DNA of 64,000 bases, taken from IMG/VR virus record IMGVR_UViG_3300007345_000027, positions 33,090-97,089 of that record. One strand, written 5' to 3'. Below, one piece after another: positions 38,655-47,400 of this stretch. The notes under the pieces were generated by a model. The model had not been told where the DNA came from, ran no database searches, and worked only from the letters and a program-made list of their open reading frames with translations. Position 1 is the first letter of the stretch; every line of letters begins with the position of its first letter. The DNA comes from a virus. The position numbers and the translations under genes are program-made.

Positions 38655-40229
38655 ATGGCAGAAGAAGATTTTCACATTAGAAGAGTTATTTCTAATCTTT
38701 CAGAATCATTGAAAGAGGTAGAATCGCGTGGTGATGATCCAGAACCTAGTACACCAGCAAAAATAGAGTACTTAGTTACTCAAAATCCAGACGGTAGTTG
38801 GACAAGAGAGAAAAGAGTCTACGAGATTTTTGAAACTCCTTTACAGATAAAAAATAAGGAGTTAGAAAGAAGTAAAGAATTAACTAATAATTATAGAGAA
38901 ATTGCTAAAGCATACGATAAAATTATAAATGATTATAATACACAAATAAATCAGAAAAAGCAAGAAATACTGTCAATTTTTAATAATGCAGTTAGTGAAG
39001 GATGTACAATAGAAGATTATTCAACAGATTCTTCACCACTAATTATTGAAGGGGCTTCAGTTGGATTGGGATCTACAATTTATAATGACAAACTTACCAT
39101 TTCCAGATATTTAAATATAGAAAATTTTGGTATAGATAATTTATTTGAATCAACATCAGAAGAATTGGAAGAAAATTTATTTGGGTATGGGTATGAAACA
39201 GAATCTCAACAAAATAGTGGATCTTCAATTGGAAATTTTACAAATTTAACATCTCCATCTGTTGGAGATTGTGTTGGATATGCAAATTCTATAATCACAT
39301 TATCTTCGGAAATTCAATCTTTAAGATTACAAAGAGATACTCAAATATCAGCAGTAAATACTGTTAAAAATTCTTTGAATGAACAACAATTTGAGGAATG
39401 GACTACTAATACAATTAATGATACATCTCAAGAAATCAATGACTTAAAAACTACTATCAGTAATTTTAATAATATTACTGAAAATATTACTTTAGATAAT
39501 TTATTTTTCTATGTTGACGCATCTAGAAAATACTCAATAAATGTTTCTCTAGACACTAAAACTGGAATTAATAGCATAGTTGGGGTTGAAAATTTAGGAT
39601 CTGACGGAACTAATCTTATAATTTCAGATATCAATCCAACGTTTGATGACACAGAAGAAAGGGGAAGTTTATGGTTTAATCAATATAATTATAACACTAA
39701 ATTTTTAGAATCTAGGAAAAATTATGTTGGCAACGATTCTAAAATTGCTATAGGTGATACTTCTTTTAGCATGGAATCTTGGATATATCTAACTGCAGAT
39801 ACTGGATTAACTTCAGATATTAATGGTGGAGGTGCAAGTATTGTGGGCGTTGCCTCTACTGCTGGTTATGGAATGCAAATTTACAAATCTGGTGATGATG
39901 TAAAAGTTAATTTTGGATCTAGAGGAGATGATAGTTTAGATAGCTCAAAAATTAATTTAAATACTTGGTATCATATTGTTTCCGTCAAAGAACAAGGAAA
40001 AGGATCATCAATTTACATAAATGGAAGTTTAGATACTAGTGATAGAAATGCCACTTTAAATATAATTGATACAGATGAACCTTTACGTATTGGATTTTCT
40101 TCCTCTACATATATTCAAAATGTATTTCCAGGAAAAATATCTCTCGTCAGATTGTATTCAAAGGCACTTACCAAAAATGAAGTTGAGAAGAATTTCAACG
40201 CCAACAAAGAGAAGTATGGGTACACTTGA
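38655..40229 (+). CDS. virion protein with coiled-coil N-terminus and C-terminal LamG/ConA-like domain
   Basis: LFFYVDAS, FSMESWI, NTWYHIV, IYING, GKISLVRLYSKALT..EVEKNFNA.K.KYG. Confidence 0.75.
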   Translation: MAEEDFHIRRVISNLSESLKEVESRGDDPEPSTPAKIEYLVTQNPDGSWTREKRVYEIFETPLQIKNKELERSKELTNNYREIAKAYDKIINDYNTQINQKKQEILSIFNNAVSEGCTIEDYSTDSSPLIIEGASVGLGSTIYNDKLTISRYLNIENFGIDNLFESTSEELEENLFGYGYETESQQNSGSSIGNFTNLTSPSVGDCVGYANSIITLSSEIQSLRLQRDTQISAVNTVKNSLNEQQFEEWTTNTINDTSQEINDLKTTISNFNNITENITLDNLFFYVDASRKYSINVSLDTKTGINSIVGVENLGSDGTNLIISDINPTFDDTEERGSLWFNQYNYNTKFLESRKNYVGNDSKIAIGDTSFSMESWIYLTADTGLTSDINGGGASIVGVASTAGYGMQIYKSGDDVKVNFGSRGDDSLDSSKINLNTWYHIVSVKEQGKGSSIYINGSLDTSDRNATLNIIDTDEPLRIGFSSSTYIQNVFPGKISLVRLYSKALTKNEVEKNFNANKEKYGYT

Positions 40230-40242
40230 TCAACTGGCACAA

Positions 40243-40271
40243 TTGACACTCATATCAAGATGCTCTATAAT
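40243..40271 (+). promoter_or_regulatory. consensus sigma70 early promoter
   Basis: TTGACA (40243-40248), 17 nt, TATAAT (40266-40271). Confidence 0.85.
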
Positions 40272-40300
40272 ACGTGGGTAATCAAGGGAACCCCCCCATC

Positions 40301-40495
40301 ATGAACAACACTGCTGAGTACGTTGAAGGTATTGTGATTGACATTTGCTCTCGTTCATTCCTTCTTTTGAGTGATCAGGGGGATGAAAAATTTGTTGAAT
40401 GTGAAACTGTTGATCAGTTTATGAATGTTCTTGAAGTTGTTACTGCCAATCTTGATGAGGATCAAATTGAATATGCAGAGCTTGCAACTACCTGA
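40301..40495 (+). CDS. small acidic hypothetical protein
   Basis: ATG at 40301 downstream of the promoter; 64 aa, strongly acidic. Confidence 0.6.
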   Translation: MNNTAEYVEGIVIDICSRSFLLLSDQGDEKFVECETVDQFMNVLEVVTANLDEDQIEYAELATT

Positions 40496-40509
40496 TAAAT
40501 AATGCAACT

Positions 40510-40683
40510 ATGAAATTTTTTACAGTGCAAGAATGGGAAGAAAACTTTGATGAATTATTTGAAAGAGTTGAAAATGGAGAAACGATAGGTATAGTCAATC
40601 AAAAGGGTGATAAAGCTGTGATGATGCCTGCTAATGACGATTTATTGAAGATGTACATCGAAGACAACCACGAAGCACCTTGA
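40510..40683 (+). CDS. Phd/YefM antitoxin-like small protein (57 aa)
   Basis: Not in the ORF track; hand translation MKFFTVQEWEENFDELFERVENGETIGIVNQKGDKAVMMPANDDLLKMYIEDNHEAP matches the Phd N-terminal pattern. Confidence 0.65.
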   Translation: MKFFTVQEWEENFDELFERVENGETIGIVNQKGDKAVMMPANDDLLKMYIEDNHEAP

Positions 40684-40708
40684 CAAATCACGACTCTTAC
40701 CTTATAAT
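40680..40708 (+). promoter_or_regulatory. consensus sigma70 promoter driving the RNA cluster
   Basis: TTGACA (40680-40685), 17 nt, TATAAT (40703-40708). Confidence 0.88.
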
Positions 40709-40715
40709 TACTACA

Positions 40716-40888
40716 GCGAGGACTTGAGACGTTCCAACCAAAGGTGCCCAGCGGTTCGGATATACCGAAACCCTGTAGTTGGGAAATAACTCCCTTTGGA
40801 TATTCGGGGTGGTTCCCGTCTTATTCCGATGTGAAACTGTCAGTATACTGGGTGTAGCGCCCACATAGTATACGGATAAGTCCATCGT
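40716..40888 (+). ncRNA. unassigned structured non-coding RNA (~173 nt)
   Basis: Starts at the predicted +1 of the promoter; GC-rich against background; its ends pair (GCGAGGACUU with AAGUCC-A-UCGU); several nested helices; ends 3 nt before the first tRNA. Confidence 0.65.
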
Positions 40889-40891
40889 CAT

Positions 40892-40963
40892 GGGACTATC
40901 GCATATTGGTTAATGCCCACTGCTTATAACGGTGTGAACTGGGTTCAATTCCCAGTAGTCCTA
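40892..40963 (+). tRNA. tRNA-Ile (anticodon UAU)
   Basis: Cloverleaf: acceptor GGGACUA/UAGUCCU, D GCAU/AUGC, anticodon stem CACUG/CGGUG with loop CU-UAU-AA (40925-40927), T arm CUGGG-UUCAAUU-CCCAG, discriminator A; CCA not encoded. Confidence 0.85.
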
Positions 40964-40985
40964 TTTGCTATTCGCAAATAGCAAA
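40964..40985. repeat. perfect 9-bp inverted repeat spacer between the tRNAs
   Basis: TTTGCTATT-CGCA-AATAGCAAA. Confidence 0.85.
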
Positions 40986-40986
40986 C

Positions 40987-41059
40987 GCTCCTTTAGCAAT
41001 CTGGTGAATGCAGCGAACTCATAATTCGCCTAAGGTGTGTTCGATCCACACAAGGAGCA
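40987..41059 (+). tRNA. tRNA with CAU anticodon (Ile2/lysidine type favoured; elongator Met not excluded)
   Basis: Acceptor GCUCCUU/AAGGAGC, anticodon stem GCGAA/UUCGC with loop CU-CAU-AA (41020-41022), T arm GUGUG-UUCGAUC-CACAC, A73; has C4-G69 and C5-G68; lacks the initiator C1:A72 mismatch and GGG/CCC stem. Confidence 0.85.
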
Positions 41060-41087
41060 TCTAAATACTAAATAATGGGTTTATCCT

Positions 41088-41387
41088 ATGAGTTCTAGTA
41101 TTAAAATATCTTCCAAGTATTGTTGGTACAATAATGGTAGTATAATTGTAAAAGTATTTTTTGTAAATGGAATTCCATTTACATTCGATGAACTCCCAGA
41201 TGGTCACCTATATGATTTAGATCTGGTAGAAATTGCAAATTCAAATGAGTCTTACGAGATGGAAGACTTATATAAATCTTCATCATATTTGATAGAAGAA
41301 GAGGCACATCCAATGCTATTTCCAGTGGAATTGGACAATCCACAAGACTTACCAGATTTTGAATATATTGACTATGATGGTGTATGA
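41088..41387 (+). CDS. conserved acidic hypothetical cyanophage protein
   Basis: YCWY...IVKVFFVNGIPFTFDELP...YLIEEEAHP; preceded by CTAAATA late-promoter-like motifs. Confidence 0.65.
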   Translation: MSSSIKISSKYCWYNNGSIIVKVFFVNGIPFTFDELPDGHLYDLDLVEIANSNESYEMEDLYKSSSYLIEEEAHPMLFPVELDNPQDLPDFEYIDYDGV

Positions 41388-41447
41388 AATAGGGAATAAT
41401 TACTGAACTAAATAGATCATAGAAATAATTTTGATCCATATACTCCG

Positions 41448-44400
41448 ATGCCTCTTAATAAGTTAGAGAATTTTATCAAGAATTATGAGGGTAGAATTCT
41501 ATATGTAAATTCCAACGACTTAGATGCTACAGATAGCGTTACCAATCAAGGTAATTCTTTAGCAAAACCATTTAAGACTATTCAGAGAGCGTTGATAGAA
41601 TCCGCGAGATTCTCCTTTGTTCCTGGCGAAAATAATGATAAGAACGATAGAACAACTATTCTGGTTTTCCCAGGAGATCATATAATTGATAATAGGCCAG
41701 GATGGGGAATACTTGATGGTGGTGTTGCCTTAGCTAATGCAAAATCACCTTCTGGTGCTGTTGTTAGCCCTGCATCAAATATATTTGATTTAAGTCTTCA
41801 AACTAATTTTGATTTAACGCAAGAAGATAATGCATTATACAAATTCAATAGTGTTAATGGTGGTGTAGTAATACCACGTGGTACTTCTATTGTTGGTTTA
41901 GATTTAAGAAAAACAAAAATTAAACCAAAATATGTACCAAATCCAACCGATGATAGTGTACCAACAGCATCAATATTCAGAGTAACTGGTAATTGTTTCT
42001 TCTGGAACTTCAGTTTCTTTGATGCTGATTCTTCAGAAGAAGTTTATACTGATAATCAAGTATTTACTGAGGTTTCAGGAAATAAAGCACTCCCAACATT
42101 TTCTCACCATAAATTAACTTGTTTTGAATACTGTGATGGTGTAAACATTCCAACTGGTTATGAGCAGACTGACTTGGATATGTATTATGCCAAGTTATCA
42201 AATGCATTCAACCAAGCATCTGATAGAGAAATTCCCGAAAGTCAAAAATTCCCATTATTACCAGAAGGATTCTCTAAAATAAGAAGTGAATGGGAAATTG
42301 TGGGTGCTTTTGCAACCGATCCTGTTCAAATAACAGATATTTTCTCTGGAGACAGAGCAACAGCAAACTCCACAGTTACTGTTACAACAAACGTTCCTCA
42401 TGGATTTAGTGTCGATACTCCGATTACAATTCGAGGGGTCAATGTCTTTGATTATAACATTTCAACGGTAGTACAAACAGTACCATCACCAACTACTTTC
42501 ACATATCAAATACAGGCAGTAAGAAATGATTTATCTGCAGATCCTGGTGGTGATGCTTCAGTTATAATCGATACAGATACTGTAAAAGGTTCTTCTCCAT
42601 ATATTTTCAACTGTTCGTTGAGATCTGTTTGGGGAATGAATGGAATGCACGCTGACGGATCTAAGGCATCTGGATTCCGCTCAATGGTTGTTGCTCAGTT
42701 TACTGCAATATCTCTCCAAAAAGATGACAGAGCTTTTGTAAAATATGATCCATTCAGTAAAACTTACTTAGGTGTACCTAGAACTGGTGAAGATGGGTAC
42801 GAGAATTCAAAGGGTGCTGAATTGTCATCTGGATCAGCACAAACAGATCCGTCTAGGGTATATCACTTAGATGCAGATGCAATTTATAGGAGAGGTTGGG
42901 AAACTTCACATATAAGAATGTCTAACGATTCAATCATTCAGGTTGTGTCAGTTTTCGCAATTGGTTTCAATAAACATTTTGTTGCTGAGTCTGGTGGTGA
43001 TGCTTCAATCACAAACTCCAACTCAAACTTTGGTCAAATTGCATTAAGTGCTGAAGGATTTAAGAAAGAATCCTTTAGTAAAGATAATTATGGATATATC
43101 ACTTCGATTATTACACCAAAATCAATTAAACGTGTAGAACAATCAACTGACTGGTTAACAATTGATATTGATAAAACTACAAATATAGGTATTTCAAGTC
43201 ACTTATATCTGTTTGGATTTACAACCTTAGATAATCCACCACCATCACTTGTTTCTGGTGCTAAGGTTGGTGCGAGAGAAGATGAAAACCTTAATTTAAT
43301 TTTACCTGGTATTGCTCAAACTCTTACCAGTGGTAAAATTTTGATGACAGATAATGTTGTTACACCAACTCAATTATGGTCTGAAGGAACAACTAGTTCT
43401 GTTAAAGAATATCAAATATCTCAATATGCACAAGCACCCGATTACCAAACTATTGTAACTTCTAAAATACACAATATTCAAACTGGAGAAAAAATAGTAT
43501 TTGTTAGTGATACTGGTGAACTTCCAGATAATATTGAACAGGGTGTAGTATATTATGCTATTAGAGGTGCTGGTGTTCAATCTTCACAATTAAAAGTTGC
43601 AACATCCTTAACAAATGCAATAAATGGTGTTGCGATAAAAGTAAACGGTGGAGCAAATTTAAGAGTACTGAGTAGAGTTATTGATAAAGATAGTGGGGAT
43701 TTTGGTCATCCAATTCAATTTGATGAAAACAATTCAAATTGGTTTATTCATGTAGATGCAGCAAACACAATTTATACTAATGTTGTTGATGGTGGACAAG
43801 TAGCTTTTGATAATGAACCAAGAACAAATTCTACTTTTGTAAATAGAATTCCCGATCCAAGAAGTTTAGACGAGCGTCTTTATAAGGTTAGAATAGTAGT
43901 TCCAAAAGAAGCTCCGAATGCTAAATCTCCAGCAGAAGGATTTGTAATTCAAGAAACAAGCAAAACTGCTGCATTAGAAAATTCAGAATTTACATTATCA
44001 AATATTGGTCTGAATAACTTTGATTATAAGAGAAATTATCGATATATTGCAAATATAACTGAAGCAACTGATGTTGTAACTGTTACAACTGAAGTTCCTC
44101 ATTCACTAAAACTTGGTGATAGAGTCCTTATTAAAAAAGTAAAATCGACAGAAAATACTACTGGATTAGACAATAAAGGATACAATGGTGATTTTATTGT
44201 TACAGGAATAACTAATCACAAACAATTTACATATTCAACTACAGATATTAATGGTATAGAGCATAATGTTGGTGTATTTACACAACCAACTGTACGTGAT
44301 AATAATCTACCTTTCTATGAAAGAAATGATTTACAATCAAACCTCTATATTTATAGAGTTGAAACTATCACTCCATATAGCTTTAATGCTCAAGATGGTG

Positions 44401-47400
44401 TTTATCATGCTTATGTATTAAAAGCAGATAGAGCTATTCCAAACCATTTTACAGACTATAAGTATAGTCAAAATGTTGTGGACTTATATCCACAACAAGA
44501 TAGAGATAATATCGATGAAAATCCATCGGCAGCATTCTCGTATGCAAAGAATTCTCCACTTGGTGATGTTGTAACTAATGATCTTAAAAAGAGTATCACA
44601 AGAGAAGCATTAGACACTTTAATTAAAGATCTTGGTGGTGCTTTAACTATTGATAGTGTAGGAACATTTGATTCTGCTCAAGGAACTATTGAAATAACAT
44701 TTGATAGAGAACATGGATTTAATGGTATTAATGGATATACCACAATAACTGGCAATACAGGAAACTCTTTTGCTGAAGGTACATCATATAATGTACGTCT
44801 ATTAAATCAAAATGCACTTTGGAATGGTGCAACAGCAACTGTTACAGTTAATCAGGGACAAGGTAATATTTCATCCCTTGAAATTTCTGATCATGGATGT
44901 GGGTATACAAATAATCAAATTCTTTCCGTAGAAGGATTTAGCCCAGTAACAATAACTGTTACAGATTCATGCATTTCAAAATCCGAAAATGACATATTAG
45001 AAATTAGTGGTATAGGAACAGCCTCTGACAATTTATTAAGAATTGCAAGTGTTACTGATACAACAACTGTTGCTGTAGCTAGAACTTCTGGGGATCCAAT
45101 TATTGTCACTGGACAATATGCAACACAAGTTGGTCCATCTACAATTACTAAAGAAGTTCAATTTGATAGCAGCGTTGGTATAACAACATTTATATTTGAA
45201 CATGGACATATGATGTCCGTTGGAAATAAATTTAAAATTGTAAATGATGATATTGCAGATTCTTATAATGTTGGAGATTTCTTTGTAAAAGAAGTAGTTG
45301 GCGTTCATACATTCACAGCAACTACAACTAACTCTATTGGTACAGGAAATACCCATAGAATTATGAGATATGCATTTAATGCAAATGATGCATTATCAAA
45401 TGCTTCTAATGAAAATATAGGATCTAGAGGACACCACATCTATGATGGTGATTATGCAATCTTAAAGGAAGATGTTAGTGCTATTGATTCGTCTGGAACT
45501 GCAACTTTTGCAATTGAAACTGCCAATGCTGGTATTGGAACAGTAACTAGATTTGATTTGGGTAGTTATATCTTAATTAATAGTGAAATAATGAGAATAT
45601 CCAGTGATTCTCTTTCTGGATCTGGAAATGACAAAGTTACTGCAATTAGAGGATATTTTGGTACAACTAAAGATAATCACAAAGAAGGTGCTTTGATTAA
45701 AAAGATCAAAGTAATGCCTATTGAATTAAGAAGACCTTCTATTCTTAGAGCATCTGGACATACATTTGAATATCTTGGTTTTGGACCTGGTAACTATTCA
45801 ACAGGATTACCACAGATTCAAGTAAAAACACTCACAGATCGTGAAGATTACTTAGCACAATCCCAAGAAAGATCTGGTGGTTCTGCTCTTTATACTGGAA
45901 TGAACAGTGATGGTGACTTTTTCATCGGTAATACCAAACTTAATGCACAATCTGGTGAGGAAGAAAGTTTTGATATACCAGTTGCGACAGTAACAGGTCA
46001 AGATCCATCGAGATTGAGCGTTCTCTACGATGAAGCAATTATCAGAGAGCGTATTGTTGTTGAAGGTGGTAAATCTAAACAAATCTTATCACAGTTTGAT
46101 GGACCAGTCAACTTTAGTGAGAATGTAATTTATAATAGTGAACAAGTAAAGGTAAATGCTTTATTAGTTACTTCTGGATTAGTTAGATTTAATAATATAA
46201 CTGAATCGGAAAGCAATAGTACTGGTTCCGTTGTAATGAGAGGTGGTCTTGGAGTTCTTAAGAACTTAAATGTTGGTGGCAATTTAGTTGTTACTGGAAT
46301 TACAACGTTTGACGGTGATGTTACATTCAATAAGGGATTAATCCCAGAAAGTATTGAAAGTGCATATATTGGAACTGAAGGAAGGCCGTGGTCACAAGCA
46401 TGGATTGGTGGTATTGGTATTGCTACAGAAGGTGTACCAGGGGGAACTGAACCAGAAGATAGACTTATTAATGGATGGACTGGTGATCTTTTACTCACAT
46501 CATCTGCTGGTATTGTTTCCGTAACTGATGATTTAACTGTTGGAAACTACTTATTAGTAAAAGAAAATTCTGGATTTACTGGAGTTGCTACTTTCGGATC
46601 AGATTTATTACCAGCAATAGCAGCACCAAATACCGCTGATGGTAGAGAAGATGATGATGTTGGTGTAGGTATAGGAAGCACAGGAATTGCATTTAGAGAT
46701 GCACACATTGGCGCAGTTCAAGTAGGTTATAGTAGTGTTAATACTATTGATACTTCTGCAAGTGATTTGATTTTAGATTCTTCCACCGATGAAGTTTATG
46801 TTGATAGTAATTTAACTGTTAACAAAGTTCTTACCGTTATTGAAGGATCAACTTTCACTCAGGAAGCAATTTTTGACCAAAATATTCTACCAAGAAATGA
46901 TGATCCTGCACTAAATTCTTCAGTAGGTTCTAATCAAAAGAGATGGTCTGCTGCATATATTGATGCAGTAGAAATTGGAGTAGGAAAAACAAATCAAATC
47001 TATGGTGGTCATAATTCAGATCTCATCTTAGATTCGGATACAAATAAAGTACATGTTGAGTCCAGACTGTTTGTTGATAATGATTCCGAATTCTCTGGTA
47101 TTGTAACTGTTAAGAAGTCAATTCAACCAAATAGTTCGGCGGGTGAGGGTGCTTGTGGTATTGGATCAACTGATAGGAGATTTACTGAAGCATTTATTGA
47201 TGATATCCAAATTGGATGGAATGGAACAGCAGAAATAGATACTAGAACTGGTAATCTTACGTTAGATTCTGAAGGTGGAACTGTTGAAGTTGATGATCAT
47301 TTAGATGTTAATGAAACTCTTAATGTTGATGGACAATCCGAATTTACTGGTATAGTAACATTCAAAGCTGGTATTTTACCAGATGTTGAAGATGGTGCTT

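Noticed and set aside
40716-40888. Group I intron, RNase P or hammerhead identity suggested by AAGUCC and GAUG..GAAAC motifs
   Set aside because: The required core elements and their order are missing (no P3-P7 pseudoknot arrangement, no CUGAUGA core, too short for RNase P).
40697-40891. 64-aa minus-strand ORF over the structured RNA
   Set aside because: Antisense to a consensus promoter and tRNA operon, with no SD or protein motif; RNA structure explains the region better.
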